From the NCBI GenBank assembly GCA_030612045.1, contig JAUWOP010000001.1, positions 26,767-90,766 of the forward strand: 64,000 bases of DNA, given 5' to 3'. The position numbers were made by a program, and so were the translations under genes. The notes below the pieces were generated by a model, which saw nothing but the letters and a program-made list of their open reading frames with translations, was not told the origin of the DNA and did not search any database. The DNA comes from Chloroflexota bacterium. GTDB lineage: Bacteria > Chloroflexota > Dehalococcoidia > UBA2247 > JAUWOP01. Below, piece after piece: positions 19,136 through 28,758 of this stretch (its first letter is position 1; the number at the start of each line of letters is the position of its first letter).

Positions 19136-20344
19136 TTGAGATTATCTATGCAGGGGCTTCTAACTATCCCCAGAATAGAAGTACTGTGGAGATACGAAGT
19201 GATAGATTTTGAGCTAACTGAAGAACAGACTATGCTCCGTAATATGATTCGAGAGTTTGCTGAGCGAGAAGTTATCCCAGTTATCAGGAATTATGAGCGC
19301 CAATTCCAGTTCCCTTTTGAGATTGTCGCCAGAATGGCATCCCTGGGCATGCTAGGGGGACCAATACCCCAGCAATATGGAGGCATGGGAGTTGACTGGA
19401 TTACTCACGCTGTTATCTCTGAGGAAATTGGTCGCATCTCTTTTTCATTATGCATAGCTATTCCTATAGCTCATACTTCACTGGTAGAGATGAGTATCCT
19501 GAATTGGGGCAATGAGGAGCAACGGCAAAGCTACCTTCCCCGATTGACCAGGGGTGAGATGATTGGTTGTTTTGCTACCGTAGAGCCAAATGTGGGGAGT
19601 GATGGGGTTGCCATTGAAGCCAGAGCAGAGCTTGATGGGGACCAATGGGTGCTTGACGGTACCAAGATATGGATTACCAACGGCAGCATAGCAGACCTGG
19701 CTATAATCACAGCTCGGACAGAGGAAGGGATTACTGCCTTCCTCGTAGAGAAGGGAACCCCTGGCTTCTCTGTTACCAGGATTGAAGGGGTTATGGGGAT
19801 ACATTCTGCCAGTGAATCCGAGCTAAATCTGACTCAGTGCCGAATTCCTCGGCAAAATTTGCTGGGGAAGGTCGGGAAGGGATTCCATATTGCACTATCC
19901 AGCATTAGCATTGCACGCTATTCTATAGCTGCGGGGTGCACAGGGATAGCCCAGGGATGTGTTGATGCTTGCGTCAAATATGCGCAGGAACGCTACCAGT
20001 TCGGTAAGCCTATCGGTAGTTTTCAGCTAGTTCAGGGAATAATCGCTGATATGGTAGTAGAAACTGAGGCAGCAAGATTCCTTACCTATCGGGCAGGTTA
20101 TCTTAAAGATAGAGACCTTCCCAATGCCAGGGAGACCTCCATTGCTAAATACTATGCTACTGAAGCTGCCCTACGGGCATCCACTAATGCTATTCGGTTA
20201 CACGGTGCCTACGGGTATAGTGATGCTTCTCCTGTAGAACGCTATCATCGTGATGCTATGGGAGCTATCATATTTGGTGGCACTAATGAGATTCAAAAAT
20301 TGATTATAGGACGAGATGTTCTCGGTATTAGTGCCTTCGTGTAG
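19136..20344 (+). CDS. Acyl-CoA dehydrogenase family protein; the real start is probably GTG near 19199
   Basis: DFELTEEQTMLRNMIREFAEREV..., GYSDASPVERYHRDAMGAIIFGGTNEIQ C-terminal motif. Confidence 0.8.
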   Translation: MRLSMQGLLTIPRIEVLWRYEVIDFELTEEQTMLRNMIREFAEREVIPVIRNYERQFQFPFEIVARMASLGMLGGPIPQQYGGMGVDWITHAVISEEIGRISFSLCIAIPIAHTSLVEMSILNWGNEEQRQSYLPRLTRGEMIGCFATVEPNVGSDGVAIEARAELDGDQWVLDGTKIWITNGSIADLAIITARTEEGITAFLVEKGTPGFSVTRIEGVMGIHSASESELNLTQCRIPRQNLLGKVGKGFHIALSSISIARYSIAAGCTGIAQGCVDACVKYAQERYQFGKPIGSFQLVQGIIADMVVETEAARFLTYRAGYLKDRDLPNARETSIAKYYATEAALRASTNAIRLHGAYGYSDASPVERYHRDAMGAIIFGGTNEIQKLIIGRDVLGISAFV

Positions 20345-20350
20345 TACTAT

Positions 20351-22078
20351 TTACCATATATTGGAATGTTTCAATGAGGCTTGCATCTCTGGCAGGGGAA
20401 GTGTGTTAACAATATGCTTTGCCTCACACCAACCACGGCGAGCTACCCCTACACCAAAGCGCATAAACTTTAGGTGCTCTGTGGCATGGGAATCAGTATT
20501 TATCACTAGCTTCACTCCTAACTCCCTGGCTCGGAGTACACGAGTATCCTTTAGGTCAAGGCGATCTGGCATGGCATTTATCTCCAGTATGGTACCAGTT
20601 TGAGCCGCTGACTGGAAGATAGCTTCCCAATCAGCGTTGATTGCCTCTCTTTCCCCTATAAGACGGCAGGATGGGTGAGCTATAATATCTACCAGAGGAT
20701 GTTCTACGGCAGCAAGGATTCTTTGCGTCATCTTGTGCTCCTCTTGTCCCATTGCCGAGTGAACGCCCGCAACAACTATATCCAGTTGCTGCAACAGTTC
20801 CTCGGATAAATCAAGCCTTCCATTAGCTTTGATATCCACTTCAATACCACACAGCAGGTGAATGCCCATCAACCTCTTGTCGAGTTCTCTTATCTCAGTT
20901 ATCTGCTTTCTCAAGCGCTCCTCGCTCAGCCCTCGGGCAGCACCTCTTCCTGCCGAATGGTCAGTAATGGCTAAATACTGGTAGCCTAGTGCTTGAGCTG
21001 CTAGTGCCATTGTCTCAATGGAGTCATGTCCGTCACTCCAGTCAGTATGAACATGCAAATCCCCTTTAATATCCGAAGGGGTCACCAGAATAGGCATGGT
21101 ACCTTTCTCAGCCCTGGCTACTTCCTGCTGGCCCTCCCTCAATTCAGGTGGGATGAACTGGAGCCCCAGGCGATAATAGAAATCCTCCTCGGTAGAGAAT
21201 TTCTCCAGGTGGTCAGTCTTTATATCTGTAATGCCATATTCACTCAGCTTCAATCCCTGGCGATGCCCTCTTTCTCTTAAGGTGATATTATGCTGTTTGC
21301 TGCCGGTGAAGTATTGTAGTAGAGAGCCAAAGGCATCATGTTCCACTACCCTCAAGTCTACCTGAATGTCATGGCAGCTAATTACGCTTGCCTTGGTCCC
21401 CCCTTTAACCAGCGTTTCCTTCACATGAGGTAGACACACAAAGGCATTAATGACCTCTTCAGGATTCTCAGCAGTGCCCATAAGGTCAATATCTCCTACG
21501 GTCTCTCTGAAGCGGCGCAGGCTACCTGCTGTAGTGAGGTTGTGCACTCCTGAGCTCTGACGCAGAGAATTCATCATTTCTTCTGCCAGGGGAAGAGCCA
21601 GTCCCAGGAGAATGCGTTTCTCTTTACTGTGCATTGCCCGAATATGGTGGAGGATATTCTCCCCCGTCTTATCTCCTAGGCGATAAAGTGATGCTACCTT
21701 ACCCTCTAGAATTGCCTGCTCCAGTTGCTCTACTGAGCTTATCCCCAATTCCTGAGAAAGGAGGAGTGCAGTTTTAGGTCCTATGCCGGGAATATTGAGC
21801 ATATCAGTTATACCTGGGGGAAACTCAGCCTGAAGCTTCTCATAGTATTCCAGGTGTCCTGTGGTCAGAAGCTCAGTAATCTTCTTGGAGATGGCATCGC
21901 CGATGCCGGGGACTGTTCTAAGTTTTTTCTCCGCCATTAACTGCGTGAGTTCTACGGGCAGATGCTCAATAGAACGGGCGGCGCGCTGATATGCCCTGAC
22001 CTTGAAGGTTGTCTCACCTTTAATCTCCAGGAGGTCAGCAATATCCTGAAATATCTTAGCAACCTTATCATTCCTCAT
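20351..22078 (-). CDS. polX: Family X DNA polymerase with C-terminal PHP phosphoesterase domain (PolX)
   Basis: MRNDKVAKIFQDIADLLEIKGE...VPGIGDAISKKI (HhH), PHP motifs HVHTDWSDGHDSIE. The start is taken at the internal Met MRNDK. Confidence 0.8.
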   Translation of the reverse strand: MRNDKVAKIFQDIADLLEIKGETTFKVRAYQRAARSIEHLPVELTQLMAEKKLRTVPGIGDAISKKITELLTTGHLEYYEKLQAEFPPGITDMLNIPGIGPKTALLLSQELGISSVEQLEQAILEGKVASLYRLGDKTGENILHHIRAMHSKEKRILLGLALPLAEEMMNSLRQSSGVHNLTTAGSLRRFRETVGDIDLMGTAENPEEVINAFVCLPHVKETLVKGGTKASVISCHDIQVDLRVVEHDAFGSLLQYFTGSKQHNITLRERGHRQGLKLSEYGITDIKTDHLEKFSTEEDFYYRLGLQFIPPELREGQQEVARAEKGTMPILVTPSDIKGDLHVHTDWSDGHDSIETMALAAQALGYQYLAITDHSAGRGAARGLSEERLRKQITEIRELDKRLMGIHLLCGIEVDIKANGRLDLSEELLQQLDIVVAGVHSAMGQEEHKMTQRILAAVEHPLVDIIAHPSCRLIGEREAINADWEAIFQSAAQTGTILEINAMPDRLDLKDTRVLRARELGVKLVINTDSHATEHLKFMRFGVGVARRGWCEAKHIVNTLPLPEMQASLKHSNIW

Positions 22079-22309
22079 TGAGTTCACCCCATAAATAATA
22101 GTTGATTCATAATATCTTGTAAAATCCCTCCCTATCAACATCAATACCATAAACTTGTAGTTAACTACATAAATCATTGTGCAATCGTAATTGTGTTTAT
22201 TATCAACTTGACCTCTGGATTAATGATGGCTAAGATAAGTATAAGGGGTGGAATAGGCATCCTTACCAGAGGTAGAGTATGGGCGGCTGGATGCCTATAA
22301 GTAGTAGAT

Positions 22310-23437
22310 ATGGCTTCAAAGAGAAATTACTATGAGATACTCGGTGTGTCCCGGAATGCCAGTCAGGAAGAGATAAAACAGACTTTCCGCAAGCTAGCAT
22401 TTCAGTATCATCCTGACCACAACCATAATGATGGAACCGGGGAAAAGTTTAAAGAGATAAATGAAGCTTACGAAGTCCTGAGTAACTCAGAGAAACGAGC
22501 ACAGTATGACCGCTTCGGAACCTCTGCCCCGTTTGGACAGAATTTTGAAGGGTTCGGAGATTTTGCTGGAAGCTGGGGTGAGATCTTCGATACCTTTTTT
22601 GGTGGTACCACAAGAGCTAAGCGCAGACCTCCACAGCGGGGGGCTGACCTTCGCAGCACTCTCAATTTATCCTTCAGAGAAGCAGCCTTTGGATGTGAGA
22701 GAGAGATTAAGATAATTCGTGTGGAGAACTGCTCTCTATGTTATGGCTCAGGATGCAAACCGGGGACCAGTCCATCAAGGTGCCCTTACTGCAATGGTAG
22801 CGGCCAGGTGCAGCAGATGCGCCAGAGCCTATTTGGGCGCTTTGTCAGCACCACAATATGTCGCCATTGTAATGGTACGGGAAGTGTTATCTCTACCCCT
22901 TGCCCTCAATGTCATGGCACAGGGAGAGAAAACATGAAGCGGAAGATAATAATTAAGGTTCCTGCTGGCATAGAAGATGGTGCCTGCATCCATCTCAAGA
23001 GCGAGGGAGATACAGGGTTGCATAGGGGTATAAGTGGAGACCTTTATGTCAACATCTCGGTACAGGAAGATGCCTTATTCAAGCGAGAGGGAAACAATAT
23101 CACCTACGAGTTACCGCTGAACTTTGCCCAGGTCGCCCTGGGAGATGAGGTAGAGATACCTACACTGGATGGTAAGGTCTCCCTGCGAATCCCAGCAGGA
23201 GCACAAACAGGTACAGTATTCCGTCTGAAGGGCAAGGGAATAGCTGGGTCGTCTTATGCACCTCAGGGTGATTTATTGGTAATGGTACGAGTAGTTACCC
23301 CTGAAAAACTTACCCCAGAGCAGCAGCATCTATTGGAGGAGCTAGGCAGAAGCCTGTGGAAGGAAGCAATATCCGGCAAGAAAGCTGACAAGCACTTTTT
23401 TAGCCGTATCAAGGATGTCTTCAGTGGAACAGGGTAG
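22310..23437 (+). CDS. dnaJ: Chaperone DnaJ (type I, four CxxCxGxG zinc-finger repeats)
   Basis: J domain with HPD, G/F region, CSLCYGSG / CPYCNGSG / CRHCNGTG / CPQCHGTG. Confidence 0.9.
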   Translation: MASKRNYYEILGVSRNASQEEIKQTFRKLAFQYHPDHNHNDGTGEKFKEINEAYEVLSNSEKRAQYDRFGTSAPFGQNFEGFGDFAGSWGEIFDTFFGGTTRAKRRPPQRGADLRSTLNLSFREAAFGCEREIKIIRVENCSLCYGSGCKPGTSPSRCPYCNGSGQVQQMRQSLFGRFVSTTICRHCNGTGSVISTPCPQCHGTGRENMKRKIIIKVPAGIEDGACIHLKSEGDTGLHRGISGDLYVNISVQEDALFKREGNNITYELPLNFAQVALGDEVEIPTLDGKVSLRIPAGAQTGTVFRLKGKGIAGSSYAPQGDLLVMVRVVTPEKLTPEQQHLLEELGRSLWKEAISGKKADKHFFSRIKDVFSGTG

Positions 23438-23446
23438 ATAAATCTT

Positions 23447-25153
23447 ATGCCCATTCAAATTCTTACCACAGAGGTTGCATCTAGAATCGCTGCAGGAGAG
23501 GTCATAGAGAGACCAGCGTCTGTGGTGAAGGAATTAGTAGAGAATTCCCTGGATGCCACTTCTTCCAGTATCCACATGGAGGTACGGGGAGGAGGAGTAA
23601 ACCTCATTAAGATTTCTGATAATGGGATAGGAATCCCTTCCGAAGAAGCAGAGCTTGCTTTCCAGCACCATGCCACCAGTAAGCTCAATAGTCTTGATGG
23701 ACTAAGGAAGGTCTCTACCCTTGGTTTCCGAGGAGAGGCACTCCCAAGTATCGCTGCAGTAGCCGAGGTTGAACTCATTACCCGTTGCGCCACAGGGACT
23801 GCAGGAATATGCCTTAAGCTGGAAAAGGGAATCGTCACTGAAAAAGCCACTGTAGGATGCCCTCAGGGCACCACTGTGGCAGTACGAAACCTGTTCCGTT
23901 TCATTCCTGCCCGACTCAAATTCCTTAAGTCGACAACAACTGAAAACGCACATATAGCTGATGTTATCACCCATTATAGCCTAGCCTTTCCCAAGGTACA
24001 GTTTACACTGGCTACTGAGGGGCGTGAGATACTACACACCAGTGGTAACGGAAAGCTGGAAGATGTAATAGCTGAGGTCTATGGTACAGAGGTTGCCACA
24101 AAGATGCTGAGAGTAAACCCGCCAGAACAGGCAAATAATCCTCATGTTACTATCCAGGGTTATATTAGTCCCCCTCATCTTAGTCGTGCCAGTCGGAGAC
24201 ATCTTAGTTTCTTTATTAACCGACGCTGGATATATAGCTATCTGCTGAATAGGGCAGTGGAGAAGACCTATGAGGGGATGTTAATGAACGGGAGGTATCC
24301 TATGGTGATACTGAGCCTCTCTATGCCACCTGAGAATATTGATGTCAATGTGCATCCCTCTAAAAAAGAGGTCCGCTTCCTGCGGGAGCAGGAAGTCTTT
24401 TCTGTAATACATCAGGTAGTCCATGATACCCTGAGGGAGCAGACACCCCCACCGGAGATGAGACTGCATCCCTCTCCTTTTCATGCCCCGTGGCAACCCC
24501 AGGAAACAGTCAAGAGTCAGGAAGAGGTACTACTGAATACTGGCCCTCTGAATATCGACTCTCATACCTCACTGCCTTTTCTCCGTGTGCTGGGGCAAAT
24601 GGCAACTGTCTATATTATTGCTGAGGGTCCCGATGGATTATATCTGATTGACCAGCATGCCGCTCATGAAAGGGTGTTGTTTGAGAAAATCCTGGCTCAG
24701 CAACAGCATAGCATAGGTGGTACGAATGAGATAGAAGCTCAAGCACTGCTGCAACCCTTAACTCTTGAACTCGATATCCGACAGAAGGAGGTCATCCATT
24801 CCAAGGGTAAGTTGCTAGAGGAGTTTGGCTTTCTACTCGAGCCTTTTGGGAGAAACACCTACCTGGTGCGCAACATCCCTGCATCACTCAAGGAGGAGAA
24901 AGTAGATGTGGTAATAAAGGAAATTCTGGATTCACCTGACGAATCCATGACATCTCCCCAGTGGGTGAGGAAGTTAGCCACTTCTATAGCTTGTCACAGT
25001 GCTATCAGAGCAGGCCAAATCCTGAGTCCTGAGGAGATGCGAGAGTTGATATACCAACTGGAACAGACAGAATCCCCTCGCACCTGCCCCCACGGCAGGC
25101 CCACGATGATACACCTGAGTGTTGGGGAACTGGAAAAAGGGTTCAGGAGATAA
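23447..25153 (+). CDS. mutL: DNA mismatch repair protein MutL
   Basis: GHKL ATPase N-terminus IQILTTEVASRIAAGEVIERPASVVKELVENSLDA, C-terminal dimerisation domain. Confidence 0.9.
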   Translation: MPIQILTTEVASRIAAGEVIERPASVVKELVENSLDATSSSIHMEVRGGGVNLIKISDNGIGIPSEEAELAFQHHATSKLNSLDGLRKVSTLGFRGEALPSIAAVAEVELITRCATGTAGICLKLEKGIVTEKATVGCPQGTTVAVRNLFRFIPARLKFLKSTTTENAHIADVITHYSLAFPKVQFTLATEGREILHTSGNGKLEDVIAEVYGTEVATKMLRVNPPEQANNPHVTIQGYISPPHLSRASRRHLSFFINRRWIYSYLLNRAVEKTYEGMLMNGRYPMVILSLSMPPENIDVNVHPSKKEVRFLREQEVFSVIHQVVHDTLREQTPPPEMRLHPSPFHAPWQPQETVKSQEEVLLNTGPLNIDSHTSLPFLRVLGQMATVYIIAEGPDGLYLIDQHAAHERVLFEKILAQQQHSIGGTNEIEAQALLQPLTLELDIRQKEVIHSKGKLLEEFGFLLEPFGRNTYLVRNIPASLKEEKVDVVIKEILDSPDESMTSPQWVRKLATSIACHSAIRAGQILSPEEMRELIYQLEQTESPRTCPHGRPTMIHLSVGELEKGFRR

Positions 25154-25475
25154 ATATACTGAGCATATTCCAGGGAGCTCGTCTCAAATTCCCCTAGTGT
25201 AGTGTCTCCTAAATGACTTGACAATAGACGCCCCATGTCTCATTCCTGCCCCGTATCAAGTACGGGGTAAACTCCAGCAGGAATCCAGAAGGTCCAAGGA
25301 TGGATTCCGTGTCAAGTATGGAATGACAAACTGTATAGTTATTACGACTACACTACACTAGCTATATATGGCAACGCAAATATTTGCGCATAGGATATAT
25401 GAGGAATTTCTAAACTCTAAACAAACACTCATGGGTAGCTGCCCACCATCGAACTATGAAAATAACCCACTCTTT

Positions 25476-25588
25476 CTGTCATTACGAGCCCTTCCCCTAT
25501 GTCATTGCGAGCGAAGCGAAGACGCAAAGCTAATCTCATTGTCACCCCACCGAGATTGCTTCGGCACTGCGTGCCTCGCAATGACACA
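25476..25588. repeat. Family A nested-palindrome MITE-like element, copy A1
   Basis: tgtcattgcgagcgaagcgaag...ctaatctc / gagattgcttcgg...cctcgcaatgaca inverted arms around a caccccacc loop. Confidence 0.7.
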
Positions 25589-25744
25589 TTATGGGGACGC
25601 TCCTCGCCATGAAAATAGGCTGCGGCCCATACCGTTCGTGGTGAGCTTGCCGAACCATGAACACCCTTCGACAGGTTCAGGGCGAACGGGCAAGAGTCTA
25701 TTTTCGTAATAAACTCAAATGACCCAAATCACAATCTCAAAACT

Positions 25745-25874
25745 AGCCATAACTGCGCTTACGCTCCTCAGAATCTCGAAGACCCTGAGCAACCGATTAA
25801 GGTTCGTCGCTTCGCTCAGAATGACAAAAAGCGAAGGGCTCAGGGTGACATATAAAGAGTAGGTGAACGGTTAC
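25745..25874. repeat. Degenerate family A-related segment ending in the GGTGAACGGTTAC terminus
   Basis: cgcttcgctcagaatgacaaaaagcgaagggctcagggtgaca...aggtgaacggttac. Confidence 0.4.
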
Positions 25875-25882
25875 AAATAAAC

Positions 25883-27112
25883 CTAGAATTTGGGGTTTGA
25901 TGAGGACTGATGCCTCATTTCTCTGAAGAGTTGCCACGAGAGTGGTATCAATTTCACCATTTCTCTGGCTCCGAGATGCCTTAACCCACTACGTAATAGA
26001 TTACCATGCCAGTCGAAGGAGAATTCTGATGATTCCAATAAGGTAATATGGAGATTCCTCGATTTTACCAGTTGAAACATCTGCTCTATTTGTTCGTCAT
26101 CAAGATATTCAAATAAACGGCGTGCCCTATATCCTGTCCTTAGCTCTCTTCCTAGCTTCTTACGCCATCTCCTCTCGTATGGCAGGAGGGCGTGGGCAGT
26201 AAAGTCACCTTCAAGGAAAGCCTCATGAAGGGTATCAACTGCATCCTGTGCACAGAGGAGACCATAGTATATTCCCCCACCGGTAGTAGGCTTTACCTGC
26301 CCGGCAGAGTCGCCTACCACGATAAACCTCTCTCCATAGGTCTGTGGCAAGGGCAGGAGAGGAATGCCCCCATAGCTGATAGCTGATGGCTGATAGCTGT
26401 CAGCTATCAGTGGGATTATCTTACCCTGTGCTGAGAGGGTATCTATAAGTTGTCTCAAATAGGCACCAGGCTTACGCCGAGAAATCACACCTGCTAATGC
26501 CCTCCCATGTATTGTGGGGATGAGCCAGGCAAAGAAACCTGGGGCAATATCGTTACCCAAGTATATCTCTGTTTCCTCAATAGTAGAGTATCCTGATAAC
26601 TCAACCTCCAGTTGAGCCCCGGCTATGAAGTCCTGTATCTTTCCTAGCCCTAGCCTCTGGGGGAGGGAGGAACCAAAACCGGTGGCGATGACCACTACCT
26701 TGCTCTCTATCACTCCCTCTCCCGCTACAATTCGAACTGAATCCCTGCCTCGTTTAATATCTCTTACATGGCTACCCCATACATAGAGCGCCCCGGCTCT
26801 CATGGCTCTCTCCGCCAGTAGAGAATCAAGTTTCTCTCTACATACTATGTAAGCCTGTATCTCTTCCTTCCATATCTTGATGACCTCTCCTGAAGGGGAG
26901 AAGAAGCTGGCAGAGCTTGCCGGTCGAAAGACTATATTACCATCCAGGGAGAATCTTTCCATGCACTCTCTGCTAATAATGCCACTGCAACATATTGCTT
27001 CTCCAGCTCGAGCATGTTCCTCAAAGACAATAACATCATATCCCAGGGAAGCCATACCCTGAGCCACATAACTCCCCACTGGGCCCGCTCCTACTATAGC
27101 TACATCATACAA
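25883..27112 (-). CDS. Geranylgeranyl reductase family FAD-dependent oxidoreductase
   Basis: MYDVAIVGAGPVGSYVAQGMASLGYDVIVFEE Rossmann FAD motif with a GGR-like body. Contains the in-frame D repeat encoding LIADSYQPSAISY. Confidence 0.75.
   Translation of the reverse strand: MYDVAIVGAGPVGSYVAQGMASLGYDVIVFEEHARAGEAICCSGIISRECMERFSLDGNIVFRPASSASFFSPSGEVIKIWKEEIQAYIVCREKLDSLLAERAMRAGALYVWGSHVRDIKRGRDSVRIVAGEGVIESKVVVIATGFGSSLPQRLGLGKIQDFIAGAQLEVELSGYSTIEETEIYLGNDIAPGFFAWLIPTIHGRALAGVISRRKPGAYLRQLIDTLSAQGKIIPLIADSYQPSAISYGGIPLLPLPQTYGERFIVVGDSAGQVKPTTGGGIYYGLLCAQDAVDTLHEAFLEGDFTAHALLPYERRWRKKLGRELRTGYRARRLFEYLDDEQIEQMFQLVKSRNLHITLLESSEFSFDWHGNLLRSGLRHLGAREMVKLIPLSWQLFREMRHQSSSNPKF
26374..26410. 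repeat. Family D repeat with a perfect 10-1-10 palindrome, copy D3, lying in frame inside the geranylgeranyl reductase CDS
   Basis: agctgatagctgatggctgatagctg-t-cagctatcag. The 36-nt block is read through as about 12 codons. Confidence 0.6.
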
Positions 27113-27140
27113 CTGAGTTCACCAGCCTAAATGTAATGAC

Positions 27141-28235
27141 TCAAATATACTCCACCCGGCACCCTCTTCTTCTCATTACCCCCAGTGTTATAGAAAGTGC
27201 TTCGGCATCATGGTCACAGGAAGATAGCACTATCATTGCCGAAGGTAGAGGGTGCATCCCGGAGACCTTTTGCAATGCCTGTGCTGCAGGGTGATTCTCT
27301 GCTCCTCCACAAATAGCTCTATATTCTAATTCCAGGAGTGCTGCTAGTTTCTTCGCTGCCTCAGTCTCAGCTTCCTTCAGTCGATTCAGGGTTTGCCTCA
27401 ATATTTGGATGTTAGGTGGTTGGAGGAACCTAACCCCAAGTTCAACTATTATTATCTGTGGTATCAGTTGCAGCGCTTTCTCAAGTGCTGCTGTAGGGGG
27501 CATGGTAGGGGTTACTTCTATAACCTCCTGATGGTTATATGCTGCCAGTATCACAGGAATGGAATTTCTCGCCAGAGTCATCACAGTGGAGACAAGATTG
27601 AGCGCCAGTTTATCAGCCGCCTCAGCATCACTTACCGCCAGGTTGACCACCACTACAACAGAGCCTCGCGGTGCCTCCAGATATTCCTTCACCACCAGAC
27701 TCCTGAGTTTTGCCGTATGCTTCCAATCTATGTTTATCAAACTATCGCCAGGTTGAAAGAGACGGCTGCTATAGTACTCATCTTTGGCACCATACCTGAG
27801 TTTGGTAGATATTATAGTGGCAGTTCCACCTCCTCTTCCTGCTTCTCCTGCCAGGTATCTTCTTGCCAGCCACTCAGCATATCTAGCTCGGGGAATCACT
27901 ATCATCTCTGCCAGTTCCAGCCTCTGATTTGTCTGAATTAACCCCCATGGGTCAAGGATAGATGCCTGGAGTAATAACTGGGAGGGACCCGCCAGGGGTG
28001 GGGTGAGGAACGCCTCTATACTTACCTCATCTTTAATCTCACACTCGGTGGGTGAGGTGAGCCTAACCCATGGATAGGGGGAACTTAGTTTGGCACGCAG
28101 TGGCATACCATGATGGTTCCAAGCCTTTCCGGAAAGTGATTTTGTCTCACCAGCTACTACCTTGATTTCAGTCTGAGTACTCTCTAAAGGTGTAGTGGAA
28201 AGGTGATGCATGGTGCGGTAGGTGAGCGCCAGCAA
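27141..28235 (-). CDS. DUF58 domain protein (MoxR-partner, vWA-like)
   Basis: FQPGDSLINIDWKHTAKLRSLVVKEY is the DUF58 signature region. Confidence 0.65.
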   Translation of the reverse strand: MLALTYRTMHHLSTTPLESTQTEIKVVAGETKSLSGKAWNHHGMPLRAKLSSPYPWVRLTSPTECEIKDEVSIEAFLTPPLAGPSQLLLQASILDPWGLIQTNQRLELAEMIVIPRARYAEWLARRYLAGEAGRGGGTATIISTKLRYGAKDEYYSSRLFQPGDSLINIDWKHTAKLRSLVVKEYLEAPRGSVVVVVNLAVSDAEAADKLALNLVSTVMTLARNSIPVILAAYNHQEVIEVTPTMPPTAALEKALQLIPQIIIVELGVRFLQPPNIQILRQTLNRLKEAETEAAKKLAALLELEYRAICGGAENHPAAQALQKVSGMHPLPSAMIVLSSCDHDAEALSITLGVMRRRGCRVEYI

Positions 28236-28692
28236 GTAGGCTGCCAGTAAGGCTCATAGTATAGTCACCTAGCAAGAGGGCAATAACCAGCACCACACTC
28301 AGAAACAGCGCCATTGCCTTGAATACAGGGGTAGGTTTTCTGCCCTCCACAGTGGTAGGTTGACCGACATCGGTCAACCCTACCCAAAGGGGGATAAAGG
28401 GCTCTCCTTGAGCATTCCTCCTCAGCTCCCAGTCCAGCAGAGGAATAGCAGGTATTACTATAAAGGCAGACGCTATGCTAAAAGGTTGAGGTATTATTGC
28501 TTTGAAGGTCAGTGGCAATAATGCCAGGCTCAGCAAAATCAGGGGTAGCCCTACTCTGGGACTGACTGTCTTCCACAGAAAGTATGCCTGTAACAAGAAT
28601 AGTGCTATTGCTACCGCAGAGTAGGGCATTGGTGAGAGCACCATCACCACTACTGTGGCAAGCATGATGTATATGCGAGAGAAAAGGTTCAT
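28168..28692 (-). CDS. Hypothetical integral membrane protein (about 4 TM) between moxR and the DUF58 gene; contains an in-frame family C palindrome
   Basis: Strongly hydrophobic helices. Palindrome C2 encodes the loop GLTDVGQPTTVEG. Confidence 0.45.
   Translation of the reverse strand: MNLFSRIYIMLATVVVMVLSPMPYSAVAIALFLLQAYFLWKTVSPRVGLPLILLSLALLPLTFKAIIPQPFSIASAFIVIPAIPLLDWELRRNAQGEPFIPLWVGLTDVGQPTTVEGRKPTPVFKAMALFLSVVLVIALLLGDYTMSLTGSLLAGAHLPHHASPFHYTFREYSD
28355..28386. repeat. Family C palindrome, copy C2 (centre CA, one extra C), in frame inside the membrane-protein ORF
   Basis: ggtaggttgaccga-ca-tcggtcaaccctaccc. Confidence 0.65.
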
Positions 28693-28737
28693 AATCCCCC
28701 TAACCCCCTTTAGAAGAGGGGGAAAGAGGGGGATTAT
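28693..28737. repeat. Family B hairpin element, copy B1 (moxR / membrane-protein spacer)
   Basis: aatccccctaaccccctttagaagagggggaaagagggggatt, a nested inverted repeat. Confidence 0.6.
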
Positions 28738-28758
28738 TCTTCTTTAATGATTTGGACA

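Noticed and set aside
25368-25709. 113-aa ORF MATQIFAH...CHCERSEDAKLISLSP
   Set aside because: It runs straight through the family A palindromic repeat (cattgcgagcgaagcgaag reads as HCERSEAK). A repeat-derived open frame, not a gene. The same applies to 29729..30085, 29820..30011 and 30218..30400.
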